Source of the DNA: Eledone cirrhosa
Taxonomy: Eukaryota
Length of the DNA stretch: 64,000 bases
Assembly: GCA_964016885.1 (NCBI GenBank)
Contig: OZ024762.1
Location: 15,314,001 to 15,378,000, forward strand
Direction: 5' to 3'
Positions 40,838-55,830 of the stretch are shown piece after piece. The notes under the pieces are model-generated. The model had not been told where the DNA came from. It ran no database searches and was given only the letters and a program-made list of their open reading frames with translations. The position numbers and the translations under genes were made by a program. Each line of letters begins with the position of its first letter. Within the stretch, counting starts at the first letter, position 1.

Positions 40838-40875
40838 AATATGGTTTTATAAATATAGTTTCCATTTGTTAATAT

Positions 40876-40918
<43 letters not shown>

Positions 40919-41285
40919 CAGATTAAAGTTTAAGCAAAGAATCGGTGTTTTCACCATTAACGGTTAAGGGTGAAAGCAGCGATTCTTTGCTTAAACTTTA
41001 ATCTGTTATTTTAATAAATATTTGCTCTACGGTTCTTATATATTTGATATATAATTATCCATATCGAGCCCTCTTTGGATTTTAGTCTTCAAATTTATTA
41101 ATATTACTATATATATATATATAACGAAGGGAATGTGGTAATGAACCAGATGGACCATAACGCACCAAAGTACTCAATACTTAGGGTAGTAGAGTAATAG
41201 GAATAAGTATGACCCCGACGGCAGAGCTCAAGCCAGAATTAGCCGCCGAAACGGCTTGAGCTCTGCCGTCGGGGCCATACTTGTT

Positions 41286-41355
<70 letters not shown>

Positions 41356-41410
41356 ATTGCCAAGAATTAAACCATCAGCACAGTTGAGGTATGTCATACA
41401 TCAATTTATA

Positions 41411-41477
41411 TATTTTATCTGATGAGGACGTACTGAAAAAAACAGCACAGTACCTCCGAAATATACATAATAAAATA
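41411..41477 (+). ncRNA. Type I hammerhead motif
   Basis: TATTTTAT-CTGATGA-GGACGTACTG..CAGTACCTCC-GAAA-TATACA-TA-ATAAAATA. Confidence 0.8.
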
Positions 41478-41589
41478 TATTTTGATTACGTTGAATGTCT
41501 ATATTTATTAATATTTTGTATATATATATATATATATATATATTAAAATACAAATATTAATAAAATAGATGTTCTTTTGGTCAATTACA

Positions 41590-41640
41590 TTTTATTATAC
41601 ATATTTCGGATGTACAACAGTACGTCCTCATCAGACAAAA
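41590..41640 (-). ncRNA. Type I hammerhead (left arm of palindrome 41539-41830)
   Basis: Reverse: TTTTGT-CTGATGA-GGACGTAC TGTT GTACATCC-GAAA-TATGTA-TA-ATAAAA. Confidence 0.8.
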
Positions 41641-41729
41641 CATAATGATACATGACATACCCTGAGATGTTAAATGGTTAAGATTTAATCAAGATTTTAA
41701 CATCTCAGGGTATGTCATGCATCATTATA

Positions 41730-41780
41730 TTTTGTCTGATGAGGACGTACTGTTGTACATCCGAAATATGTATAATAAAA
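41730..41780 (+). ncRNA. Type I hammerhead (right arm)
   Basis: TTTTGT-CTGATGA-GGACGTAC TGTT GTACATCC-GAAA-TATGTA-TA-ATAAAA. Confidence 0.8.
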
Positions 41781-41948
41781 TCTAATTGATCAAAAGAACA
41801 TCTATTTTATTAATATTTGTATTTTAATATTAATAACTCCGGAAAATTATTTACCGTAGAGTGCTTCCAATCTACTGTAAAACTCATTCTTTGACATAAT
41901 CATTGAATATCGTTTAACACTTTAATATATATATATATATATCTGTAC

Positions 41949-41990
<42 letters not shown>

Positions 41991-42161
41991 GTACGTGTGT
42001 ATATATATATATATATATATAGATAGATATGTTAGGTATGTGTGTAACTATGGTTACAGGCTGTGAGCCGGTTAAAACATCCAATGGTGTTACTACGGTC
42101 AGTTTCGTGTTAGTGTTTATATCTCTGTCTACTCCAGGTTATGGCGGTTGTGACGTGTGTG

Positions 42162-42219
<58 letters not shown>

Positions 42220-42270
42220 TACATATATATATATACGTATATATGTATATAAATATATATATATATATGA

Positions 42271-42334
<64 letters not shown>

Positions 42335-42385
42335 GTATATATGTATATACATATATATATATATATTATGTGTGTATATATATAC

Positions 42386-42429
<44 letters not shown>

Positions 42430-42489
42430 TTATATATATATATATACGTATATATGTATATAAATATATATGAGTATATTTATATATAT

Positions 42490-42530
<41 letters not shown>

Positions 42531-42650
42531 GTGTGTGTGTGTGTATATATATATATAGATATATGTAATAATAATAATAAAAAGGACGACGTGTTAGATT
42601 TTCATTACATTTGTTGAGGTGTGACGCGCATTTCTTGATTGATCCTCTCA

Positions 42651-42766
<116 letters not shown>

Positions 42767-43009
42767 GTATATATATAGACACACATATCTATATCTATAT
42801 ATATACACATGTATACGCGTTTATATATATATATATACATATATACCTATATGTGTGTGTGTGTACACAAATATATAGGTAGATATATAGATGATAGATA
42901 TATGTAATATATATATGTATGTATATATATATATATATGGGTGTGTAAATATATACAGACACACATATATATATGTATATATTTAGATATGTGTATGTAT
43001 ATATATATA

Positions 43010-43111
<102 letters not shown>

Positions 43112-43302
43112 ATATGTACATATATATGTTGTTTTATCTTGGTGGGGGACCCGCAAATATTAGTAATGAATACCTACACACATACATATATATGAGTTTT
43201 GCAAGAGATGTCAACATGAATGGACCTGTTATTTTTTATCTAAAGACATTTTATCCAATACCATCCCGCCCGTCCCCTCAATCTATCTTATTTCTCATTC
43301 TT

Positions 43303-43338
43303 TCTTCTGATGAAGGACTAGCGTCCGAAACGTTAAGA
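43303..43338 (+). ncRNA. Minimal type I hammerhead
   Basis: TCTT-CTGATGA-AGGAC TAGC GTCC-GAAA-CG-TT-AAGA. Confidence 0.8.
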
Positions 43339-43420
43339 CACTCTCCCTGCTATATCAAGCGTTAACCTAATGTATTCCTTCCATATACTGTACTGATTGT
43401 GTTGTTATTTCTGTTTACCT

Positions 43421-43482
<62 letters not shown>

Positions 43483-43488
43483 TATAAT

Positions 43489-43531
<43 letters not shown>

Positions 43532-43533
<2 letters not shown>

Positions 43534-45058
43534 GGATATCCTTGGCTAGCGGTGTACTACCCAGGGAGCTGAAAGAAGGCACAATATGCCCTATCCATAA
43601 AGGAGGTAGCAGAGCGGAGGCCAAAAGCTATAGGCCAGTCTCCCTGACGTCGCATATCAGTAAGGTCCTGGAGCGAGCCATCAGAAAGAAAGTGACTAGC
43701 ACGCAGCATGGCTTCCGCCCAGGAAGAAGCTGCCGTACACAGCTGCTACATCACTACGACTGGGTAGTGAGACAACTGTTAGACAGTTCACATGTGGACG
43801 TGATATATCTTGACTTTGCGAAGAAATTTGACAAGGTCTTTCTCGGAATGATATGTCACAAACTGCACGGACTCGGCATAACTGGAAAAGTAGGTGAGTG
43901 GCTGCACGACTTCTTAAAGGACAGAAACCAGACAGTCGCAGCAAACGGGGCCCACTCAGAAGAAACATCAATAACAAGTGGGGTGCCCCAAGGCACAGTC
44001 CTGGGACCAATACTGTCTTTGGTAGCTCTCTCACACATGCCCTCTATAGTTCATACAACAACATCCCTCACTAGCTATGCCGATGACACTAAGATAGCAT
44101 AGGCAATCAAAAACCCGGCTGACGTTGCCCTTTTACAACAAGATCTGGATGCCATATACAAATGGGTGGAAGACAACAACATGCAGTTTAATGCTGGCAA
44201 ATTCCAAGCCCTGCAATACAAACCTGCAAACACAAATACAGTAAAACACATTTACGCAGGACCAGGAGGGACCGATATCCCCGTGTCAAAATCGATACGA
44301 GACCTGGGTATAGACATGAGCGATGATGCATCTTTTTCCTCACATTCCTGAAAGTGGTGACAATGTGCAGACGACTCGCTGGCTGGATCTTGAGGACTTT
44401 CCGGACAAGAGACCGAGACACCATGTTGACACTATGGAGGACATTTGTCCTAAGCCACCTGGACTATTGCTCCCAGTTGTGGTCACCCCATAGAGTCAAA
44501 CTAACCACGGAGCTTGAGGCAATCCAGTGAAGCTACACCAAGAGGATTGCCACGATGAAGGAGATAAGCTACTGGGAGAGGCTAAAAGAACTGAACCTCT
44601 ACTCCTTGGAACGAAGACGGGAGAGACACACAGTGATCTACATGTGGACAATCCTGGAGGGACTAGCACCAAACTTTGGCATTGGGAACTGGACCAACCG
44701 TCGAACAGGACGTTACTGTGTGGTGCCAAAGGTCCCGTCTTCTACATCTAGAATAAGGGGCAGATATTGCAATAGCCTGGGGTTCAAGAGCCCTCAACTC
44801 TTCAACAAGCTGCCGAGGGATCTGAGAGATCTGCATGGTGTGGAGGTGGATGTCTTCAAGAAACATCTCGACACCTTGCTATCCAGGATCCCGGATGAGC
44901 CCACAGCAAGGCAATAGGGAAACCTAAGGTCAGCAGCAACAAACTCCCTCCTACACCAGTGGCCAAGCAATGCAGGCTGAAGATAAAATGTGTAGCAACA
45001 AGGGCGGTGCCCCAGCATGGCCTCAGCCGGATGGCTGGAACAGGTAAAAGAGTAAAAG
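43532..45058 (+). mobile_element. 5'-truncated CR1-group LINE, reverse transcriptase pseudogene
   Basis: YRPVSLTS, QHGFRPGRSC, YLDFAKKFDKV, SGVPQGTVLGP, YADDTK, SYWERLKELNLYSLERRRER; stops and frameshifts; 3' tail CCAGCATGGCCTCAGCCGGATGGCTGG also at 5655-5710(-) and 23472-23510(-). Confidence 0.9.
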
Positions 45059-45135
45059 GGTATACATATATATATATAAATATAAATATATATATGTATA
45101 TATATATATACGCACACACACACATATATATATAT

Positions 45136-45166
<31 letters not shown>

Positions 45167-45271
45167 ATATAATATAATATTATATTATGTATACTCCAGT
45201 CCTACAAACTGTAGAGTGCTTCTTATCCGATATCTGCATTGCTTCATTGTACTACAATAAAACTCACCTCC

Positions 45272-45323
<52 letters not shown>

Positions 45324-45339
45324 CAATTAAGTTAAAATT

Positions 45340-45419
<80 letters not shown>

Positions 45420-45526
45420 ACACACATTGAAGGCGGCCTACTGAACTAGAAACTGCTAAATGTGTGGTCGCCTTCTTGTCTCTGCCTTTTCAGCCCCATG
45501 GATTATATTCCTTTGTTAAATTTCGA

Positions 45527-45584
45527 ATACCTGATGATGTCACCGGATTCATACTGAACCCGGTCATTGAAATGTTCATAGTAT
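45527..45584 (+). ncRNA. Type I hammerhead motif
   Basis: ATAC-CTGATGA-TGTCACCGG..CCGGTCATT-GAAA-TGTTCA-TA-GTAT followed by AATAAA. Confidence 0.7.
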
Positions 45585-45705
45585 AATAAACCTTTAAGGA
45601 ATTACATCAGTCCAGCCTCCTGTTATTTTATAATATATATATATATAAATTAATAAAAATAATGAATAAAAACAAAGAAACAGTTCCTTATATTAAACAA
45701 TTCAT

Positions 45706-45810
45706 CATTTTACGATCGTTTCTAGGATATATATGTGTGTGTTGGTATGTATATCAGACTATCAGAGGGAATATACATACCTACACATATATATGGTGTC
45801 TTCAGAAATA
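45706..45810 (-). ncRNA. Hammerhead motif with long helix II
   Basis: Reverse: TATTT-CTGAAGA-~75-nt hairpin-GAAA-CGATCG-TA-AAATG. Confidence 0.6.
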
Positions 45811-45920
45811 ATTGTTTTTCATCGAAAAAATTTTGAATACATCTTCTCTTTTCATGATATTTGGATTACATTGAGTTCTTCATAAGGATTGGACACTACC
45901 GTATATTTTGGTAGATTTAT

Positions 45921-46033
<113 letters not shown>

Positions 46034-46072
46034 TGAAATATAAGAATCAAAGAACTGTTCAAAACATTATTG

Positions 46073-46119
46073 TGCTTACAGCTGTTTCCTCCAAACCGAG
46101 GTTTGGATTCTTCTGAGCA
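46073..46119 (-). ncRNA. Hammerhead motif with CAGAAGA core
   Basis: Reverse: TGCT-CAGAAGA-ATCCAAAC CTCG GTTTGGAG-GAAA-CAGCTG-TA-AGCA. Confidence 0.6.
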
Positions 46120-46674
46120 ATTTATTAATGCATGGACAGTTATATGACCTCCTTTTCAGCCGAGAGACATACCGATACATATTCAAACATTGATACATAT
46201 TCAAACATTGTGGGTCAACATTCATTACAGAATTTAGAGTGTGGCACGCATGTGCGTCTTGTTTATATAGTGTGGCAGAGAGATATGTGTGGTAGAGGCA
46301 CTTAGGTAGGTAAACAAGAGTGTTAGGTTGGTAGATCTGGTGGCAAATTCTTTATATGATTGATATAGTCTGTGTGTGGAGAAATGTTATAAGCATTAAA
46401 AATAGTGCAAGCATTAAAAGTGTTAAAAGTATTGGAGATGCACAGCGAAGGGATGTCAAGTATTTCATGTACTTCGGCATTTTCATGGTCAGGGGAGTGT
46501 ATTTTTCGATTATATGCCCCTCACATAATCCATCTGATGTTTTTACATTGAGCTACTTAACTTACTGGTAATAAGGTAGTAATACATTACTGCCTACCAC
46601 TATTTAGGGTGTGTGTTAAATACTTATAACTGCATAAGGTTTTGTATTTACATAACCATAAATAGTATAACTAA

Positions 46675-46711
<37 letters not shown>

Positions 46712-46808
46712 CACACACACGCACACATATATATATATATATGTATCCACCCTCACTTCCAATTTGTTAAGATTTTAAATCTCATTTCATATCTTTTATC
46801 TGTAACAT

Positions 46809-46876
46809 CTCTGTCTGACGAATGATCCAGACGTATATTATTATTGTCTGGGATCCAGAAACCTTTGGTAATGGAG
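46809..46876 (+). ncRNA. Type I hammerhead motif (same family as 9235-9302)
   Basis: CTCTGT-CTGACGA-helix II-GAAA-CCTTTGG-TA-ATGGAG. Confidence 0.7.
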
Positions 46877-46973
46877 TAGTTATATTTTGTGTTGTTCACT
46901 TTGTAATTAAATAGCTCTGTTCGATACATAGAGCACTTCTTTTTCCTTTGCTTTTCCTTCGGAATTACCTAAC

Positions 46974-47088
<115 letters not shown>

Positions 47089-47091
47089 CAT

Positions 47092-47154
<63 letters not shown>

Positions 47155-47243
47155 CACACACACATATATATATATATACGGTAAACATTGAGGTAATTTA
47201 ATTCGAGAACTGAACGTATATTTTTACACATAGGAACGACGTA

Positions 47244-47291
<48 letters not shown>

Positions 47292-47328
47292 ATGTATGTG
47301 TGTGTGTGTGTACATACACGCACACCTG

Positions 47329-47388
<60 letters not shown>

Positions 47389-47389
47389 T

Positions 47390-47667
<278 letters not shown>

Positions 47668-47678
47668 TAGATAGATAT

Positions 47679-47749
<71 letters not shown>

Positions 47750-48177
47750 TAAAGATAGATAGATATAAAGATATATCTGCATACATTTACCAGCATTCCT
47801 AGGACCTTCACCGTCTCATCGTCATGATGAAGTAAACGTTATATGCTTGTGTACCGCTATCGATATACAGTGTCCAGTGACATTATGATTGATTTGATAT
47901 TAGCTATATATAAATGGTATTTATTATATTGCTTTATCTGAAATCGATACCGAAAGAAAATATTTGTATCTGTATTTGGAGTAACTCAAAGAAATACTCG
48001 CTGAAATCTGTTAATTTTCTCATTTTACTGAATTTGCCCATGAGACTTACCTCCCCTTACACAAGACGTTTTCTCACCACAGAACGAGACTATTTTCTTC
48101 TTTTTCTTCTTGTTCTTCTATTCAAACCACTATTGAAAATACCCCAACAAATACAATTATATATGTATACATATAGA

Positions 48178-48243
<66 letters not shown>

Positions 48244-48354
48244 AGGACATTATTAAAAGATTGTCAACATATTTTAGTTTGATGTAAGGAATGAATGTAG
48301 AGAATAATAATAATAATATTAATAACATTATTAAAAGATTGTCAACATATATAT

Positions 48355-48457
<103 letters not shown>

Positions 48458-48550
48458 AGCATGACTAGGCTGTGTAACCACTAAAGGAACATTTGTAAAC
48501 ACTCGGAATAAATTACCTTTTTATGATGTCTACCTGCTTTATTAATCATT

Positions 48551-48640
<90 letters not shown>

Positions 48641-48842
48641 AATGATTAATAAACCAGGTAGACATCATAAAAAGGTAATATATATATATATATATATAAA
48701 GAATGATTAATAAAGCAGGTAGACATCATAAAAAGGTAATTTATTCCGAGTGTTTACAAATGTTTCTTTAGTGGTTACACAGCCTAGTCATGCTAATATA
48801 TATATATACACACATATATATATATGTATATTATATGTATAT

Positions 48843-48932
<90 letters not shown>

Positions 48933-48945
48933 TTAATATAGAAGA

Positions 48946-48994
48946 GCTTCTACAGGACTAGAACTGTTTCATTCGTTAGAAATCATCAGGAAGC
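48946..48994 (-). ncRNA. Type I hammerhead (family D, left arm)
   Basis: Reverse: GCTTC-CTGATGA-TTTC TAAC GAAT-GAAA-CAG..CTG-TA-GAAGC. Confidence 0.8.
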
Positions 48995-48995
48995 A

Positions 48996-49044
48996 GCTTC
49001 CTGATGATTTCTCACGAATGAAACAGTTCTAGTCCTGTAGAAGC
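48996..49044 (+). ncRNA. Type I hammerhead (family D, right arm)
   Basis: GCTTC-CTGATGA-TTTC TCAC GAAT-GAAA-CAG TTCTAGTC CTG-TA-GAAGC. Confidence 0.8.
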
Positions 49045-49125
49045 TCTTCTATATTAAAACTTTATACTCTGCTATGTATTGAGTACCTTACTTACTGTGG
49101 TTACCTCCGATTCAACCTGGAATAA

Positions 49126-49179
<54 letters not shown>

Positions 49180-49215
49180 TATATATAAACATACATACTC
49201 ACACACATATATATA

Positions 49216-49346
<131 letters not shown>

Positions 49347-49432
49347 AGTTTGACACAACCTGGACCAACATTAGCCGAAACCGATCAACGTAGCAAAATA
49401 TATAAACATGAATATATATATATGTACACACA

Positions 49433-49612
<180 letters not shown>

Positions 49613-50037
49613 ATAAAATATAGAGAAAAATACTGCAGGTAGCGCATGGATAACATGTAATAAAATAAGTCCCTCATCGGTGATTTGCCGACGATCATAG
49701 ATATTTCATTGCATTAAAAATCATATACCTCACGTCGGTGCAATAATAACTAAATTAAGTTATTAGGACAATTAAAACGCGTAAAGCGAGTGAGACAGGA
49801 GAACAACAAAGAGGAAAGCTAACCGTAGAAGGAAGGGAACAAGCTTCGCAGAAGTTATGTTTAATTTGTTGGGATTCAACAAGCTTAAAGCTGATATAAA
49901 GCACTCAACAGTATATATATATTTTAAGGGCAACCAAGGCAAATTTTGGTGCACTTTTGATAATCTAGACTATCCAGCGAAGCTCAACCGGTAAGGTTGT
50001 CTTATGCGGGTATGTCAATATTTATAAAACAAATTTG

Positions 50038-50103
50038 TATTTTATCTGATGAAAGCGCACCAAAATTTGCCTTGGTTGCCCTTGAAATTTATATAATAAA
50101 ATA
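50038..50103 (+). ncRNA. Hammerhead motif (family A)
   Basis: TATTTTAT-CTGATGA-helix II-GAAA-TTTATA-TA-ATAAAATA. Confidence 0.7.
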
Positions 50104-50137
50104 ATTATGGTTTTATAAATATAGTTTCCATTTATTA

Positions 50138-50301
<164 letters not shown>

Positions 50302-50374
50302 TATACAAATATATACATATAAATATATATATATATATACATATACACACACATACAAATACATACACACACAC

Positions 50375-50486
<112 letters not shown>

Positions 50487-50528
50487 ATGATATTAAATAA
50501 ATGGAAACTATATTTATAAAACCATATT

Positions 50529-50589
50529 TATTCTATTATATATATTTCAAGGGTACCAAAACTTTGGTATGCTCTCATCAGATAAAATA
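50529..50589 (-). ncRNA. Hammerhead motif (family A variant, left arm of palindrome 50484-50830)
   Basis: Reverse: TATTTTAT-CTGATGA-GAGCATACCAAA..TTTGGTACCCTT-GAAA-TATATA-TA-ATAGAATA. Confidence 0.75.
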
Positions 50590-50721
50590 CAAAGTTTGTT
50601 TTATAAATATTGACATATCCAGGAAGGAGATCTTAACAGTTCAAGTTTTGACTATCCAGGAAAAACTTGAACTGTTAAGATCTCCTTCCTGGTTATGTCA
50701 ATATTTATAAAACAAACTTTG

Positions 50722-50782
50722 TATTTTATCTGATGAGAGCATACCAAAGTTTTGGTACCCTTGAAATATATATAATAGAATA
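50722..50782 (+). ncRNA. Hammerhead motif (right arm)
   Basis: Same sequence as left arm, on + strand. Confidence 0.75.
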
Positions 50783-50915
50783 AATATGGTTTTATAAATA
50801 TAGTTTCCATTTATTAATATCATTGATATTATACTCCAGAAAATCTGTCGAGTCCTTCGAATCAGTTATAAATATATATATTTGTTGAATTACCAACAAA
50901 TTAAATATCTATTTG

Positions 50916-51007
<92 letters not shown>

Positions 51008-51053
51008 TACATACATAAAAAATATATATATATAGACATACATATATATATAA

Positions 51054-51101
<48 letters not shown>

Positions 51102-51240
51102 TAAAGAACCCTAACATTTTCAACTTCGCATTTTCCTCTTTATACACACACACACACATACACACACACATATATATATGACTGCCACTACTGGAATTGA
51201 ATAATCAAAACCGTAACGGCATGTCGCATATCAAATCTTA

Positions 51241-51303
51241 TATTTTGTCTGATGAAAACATACTTAAACACCACCGTACCTTTGAAATATGTATAATAAA
51301 ATA
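51241..51303 (+). ncRNA. Hammerhead motif, degenerate helix II
   Basis: TATTTTGT-CTGATGA-AAACATAC..GTACCTTT-GAAA-TATGTA-TA-ATAAAATA. Confidence 0.6.
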
Positions 51304-51346
51304 TATATTTTGATTATGAGAATATTTTTCATTTATTAATATTTTG

Positions 51347-51425
<79 letters not shown>

Positions 51426-52270
51426 AAAGTTCTATTTAAAATTGTTGGGATACAACAAGTAAATATTTTTATAACTGATATAAAGCACTCGACAAATTTT
51501 TGGAGTAGATATACGATATCCCTGAAATATGTATAATGAAATAAATATGGTTTTATAAATATAGTTTCCATTTATTAATATCGTATATATATATATATAT
51601 ATCCAAAATTAAGATAAATTAAATGAATTTAATCTAAATCAAAATTATGGGTGTCATGCCAGAAAGACATGCGCCATATGACCCGGAAAATAAGCTCTAA
51701 GATTCTAACGAACTTCTTCCTTGTTGAAAATCCAAATCTCCACTTCCATGGTTTACCATCCGATTAATTGGTGAAATATATTTCTTTAATGGAATATATA
51801 CAGGGGAGATTAATCATATTATAAGGTATCTATTTTTGAAGTTCTGGTCAACTTTATTTAGTTACCTACCTAGCTATGTGTGGTTACACACTTGTAAAAA
51901 TGATCTCCTGTGATTATTCATGTTTATTTATTATATGTTAATCAATTTCTAGTTATTATATATATAGTAATTGTTTCTACGTTTGGCACAAGGCCAGCAA
52001 TTACCCAGTGTATTACTGGTACTTTATTTTATCGACCCCCTAAGGATGAAAGGCAAAGTTAACCTCAGCGGAATTTGAACTCAGAATGGCAAGGGTCGTA
52101 ACTCCTATACGTCAAAAATATGGCGTCCGACCCTCTACCAATACTGCCAATCCACCGCCCTTTATATATATATATATAGTAATAATAATAAATTAGAAGA
52201 CTAAAATCCAAAGAGGGCTCGATAAGGATTCTTTGCTTAAACTTTAATCTGTTATTTTAATAAATATATG

Positions 52271-52301
<31 letters not shown>

Positions 52302-52347
52302 GGAGAAAAAATTTACGAAATGGAAATGCGGGTATATAGAATTTATT

Positions 52348-52464
52348 AGGTAACAATTGTTTCTATAGTGTATGATTTACCTATACCTCGCTACTTGAAT
52401 AATACACAAATATTATCAAAAACCGAAAGTACACTGTAAGCCAACACACCATGTCATCAGACCT
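52348..52464 (-). ncRNA. Hammerhead motif with very long helix II insert
   Basis: Reverse: AGGT-CTGATGA-~90 nt-GAAA-CAATTG-TT-ACCT then AATAAA. Confidence 0.6.
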
Positions 52465-53350
52465 TTGTATTAGAATGATATGAAAATATTTTATACACTA
52501 GATAAAAGATAAAGAAGGAGGTAGGAAGAGAAGAGGAAGAGGGAAGTGAGTAAGGTGGAGGGAGTCTTAGGGTTTAAGACTGTCAGACTAGTAGAGATTG
52601 TGAAGAGAGAATGTTTTGGCAGCAGTTAGCTTAATGAGGCGTGCTAAGGTTGGCTGGGAAGTAGATTCTTCTAGTGGTGTTGTTCGGACAAAATTTAGTT
52701 AGAGAGGTCAAAGTGGTATAATGTCACAGACAAGTTATTAGGGCTATTATAGTAGCAGGTTATTTCTAAAGGGGTTCAGAAAAACAGTATATATATATTG
52801 TTATACTTTGGGAGGGTCATGTTGCCAATAAGAAACACACGCACCAGTTGCTTTCACTTCAATTTATTATATATTTATAAATTTATAAATCTACAAATTT
52901 ACAAACCTATAAATTTCTGGTTGGTTGGTTGGTTCCACAACCAGATAGTTGTTTATATATAGTCATAGTCCTTTCGTCACACACTCTGTGACCTCTTCAG
53001 TGACTGGAGATTCCTTTCCTTTGTTTCTGTGCCTTTCCTTTCTTCTATCCTACGCCATTTTTGAAAAATGGCGTAGGATAGAAGAAAGGAAAGAGGTAAC
53101 TCTATGCTTCAAAGCATGGCATCCGACCCTCTACCGATACTGCCAATCTACCGCCTTATACATATGTAATGATGACGGTTTATTGGCAAAGTCGGTAGAG
53201 TGTAAGAGAAAATGCTTTACAGCATTTATTCAATCTCTTTATTTTCCAAGTTCCAAGTCAAAGTTGACCTCGGCGGGATTTAAAAGAATGTAAAAAGCGG
53301 GGAACAAATACTGGTATGGCATTTTCATCGACGCTCTACCAATTCTGCCA

Positions 53351-53568
53351 CATACATATCAAACTTAGGGTCTCCCGAGGGCCACATGGGTCACATATGT
53401 GTTGTCTGAGGGCCACACACGACAACTAATTGCTCACATTACAACTAACTAATTTTTTTAAAATTTTATGTTACGAAGATAAAACATGCTCGCGCCGTAA
53501 AAGCCTTTGAGCAGGCCGCAGGTGTGCTTATAAATGGCCTCATGCGTGCCGCATGTTTGACATGCCTG
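53351..53568. mobile_element. Degenerate hAT-type MITE
   Basis: CATACATATCAAAC ... GTTTGACATGCCTG imperfect TIRs; GGGCCACA/GGCCGCA subterminal motifs; no clear TSD. Confidence 0.45.
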
Positions 53569-53729
53569 CCGTATGGTATGGTCCCGTAACTCCTGATGGA
53601 GTCGTAGGGGTGACGTATTGACATATGGCGTTTCTTGGGTATTTTTAACCCTGGCCAGGCGGAGCCCATCTCTCTCCAGTTCTGAATACAGCAGATTTTT
53701 TTCCAGAGAAAGATCGAAAGATATTAGAG

Positions 53730-54112
53730 GAAGAATCGACCCCAGTATTTGACTGGTATATTTTATATCGACCTCGAAAGGATGAAAAGCAAAGTTGACC
53801 TCGGCGGGATTTGAATTTAGAGAGCTGAGAGCTGGAACAAATACCACAAAGCATTCTATCCGACGCTCTAACGACTCTACCATTCTATCTGACGTTCTAA
53901 CGACTCTACCATTCTATCTGACGTTCTAACCTCTCTACCATTCTATCTGACGTTCTAACGACTCTACCATTCTATCTGACGTTCTAACGACTCTACCATT
54001 CTATCTGACGTTCTAACGACTCTACCATTCTATCTGACGTTCTAACGACTCTACCATTCTATCTGACGTTCTAACCACTCTACCATTCTATCTGACGTTC
54101 TAACGACTCTAC
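53730..54112 (-). mobile_element. SINE whose tRNA head is expanded into 9x 29-bp tandem repeat
   Basis: ATTCTATCTGACGTTCTAACGACTCTACC with 29-bp period from 53853. Confidence 0.75.
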
Positions 54113-55830
54113 TTTAATGTAGGCACAGGACCAGTAAATTGGGGAAAAGAGCAAAGTCGATTAAATCAACCTCAGTACATGGCTGGTACTTATTTTATCG
54201 AACCCGGAAAGACAGACCTGCCAACCTCTAAAAACCCAAACAGGGAGTACCATGAAAAAAAAAGGGTCCCAAAACGGGGAGAAATTAGGCAAATTCGGGA
54301 GATTTTACATAATGAAGGCTATACCAATTTTCACAAGAGCAGACATCTCCCACCCACCTGAAAGTGGGTGGGAGATCACCCCGTCGGACGGGGAGAGTTG
54401 ACAGGTTTGGAAAGATGAAGGACAAAGTTGACCCCGGCGGAATTTGAACTCAGCACGTAAAGAACCAAAACAAAAATACCCGCAATGGCATTTTATTCGA
54501 TGATCTACCAATTTGACCAAACATATTAAATTACTTCCGTTTTATGGCAATGAGACTTCCGGTTGACTGTTATGGTATGGTTTGGATGCATGCAGTAAAA
54601 GTTAAAAAAACAACACACACACACACACATAATGACACACACGCATATATATAATGACATACACACATACAATCACACACACACTCACACATGCACACAT
54701 ATACGATCACACACACACACACACACACATAAAATCACACACATATACACACAATCTCACACACACATACAGTCATAGACACACGCACATACAATCACAT
54801 ACACACACACACCTACACACATACAATCACTCACACACATACATACACACACACACACATACAATCCTATACATACACACACCTACACACATACAATCAG
54901 ACACACACACAATCACATACAGACATACACATTCACACACACACAATCACATCCAGGCATACACATTCACACACACACAATCACATACAGACATACACAT
55001 TCACACACAATCACACACATACAATCACTCACACACATATACACACACATACAGTTACTCACATACACACGCACACATACAATCACACACACACGCACAC
55101 ACATACAATCACTCACATACACACACACACATAGTCACAGACACACACGCACATACAGTCACAGACACACACGCACACTCACATACACACACACACATAC
55201 AGTCACAGACACACACACACATACAATCACAAACACATACCACATAGAATCTCACACAAACAAGCAACAGTTGTCATCTGCAGTATTGCACATATCGTCT
55301 GCTTCACAATGTCGTCTGCAATAACCTCCATTTAGTCAACTGCTTCCTGTTACAAACTGCCATTTCTGTGAGAATTCTAGTCACCATAGATTTACATGTT
55401 TTATGTCAACAATACAGCCAAAACGAACAATGGGAACTTTACAGACCCATTACTTATTTAAAATACGCCTCTTTCTTGTCTGTTGTTGCCGTTGTTGTTG
55501 TTGTTGTTGTTGTTTGTTAGGTGATGGCGTGGGTGGGTGTGGAATGTGCTACCGGGGAGGCTGGCCCGTCGCCAAAGTTTTTGTCTGTGTTTGTGTGTGG
55601 AAGATGCTACCGGGGAGGCAGGTCTGTCACCAAAGTTGTGTGTGTGTGTGGAAGGTGTTACAATGGAGGCAGGTCTGTCACCAAAGTGGGGGAGGAGTAC
55701 TGGATAGCACTCACTTCCCCACATCTCCACACCCTCCATTTACTTTTCAATGGTGCAGTTGCAGATTTAGAAAATGGAATTGATTTCTTTTAATTGATAG
55801 CTAGACAGACAGACAGATAGATAGATAGAT

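Noticed and set aside
42060-42097. Possible small SFRP exon (CAG|GCTGTGAG...ACG|GTCAGT)
   Set aside because: Weak pyrimidine tract and the peptide does not resemble the SFRP linker/NTR domain.
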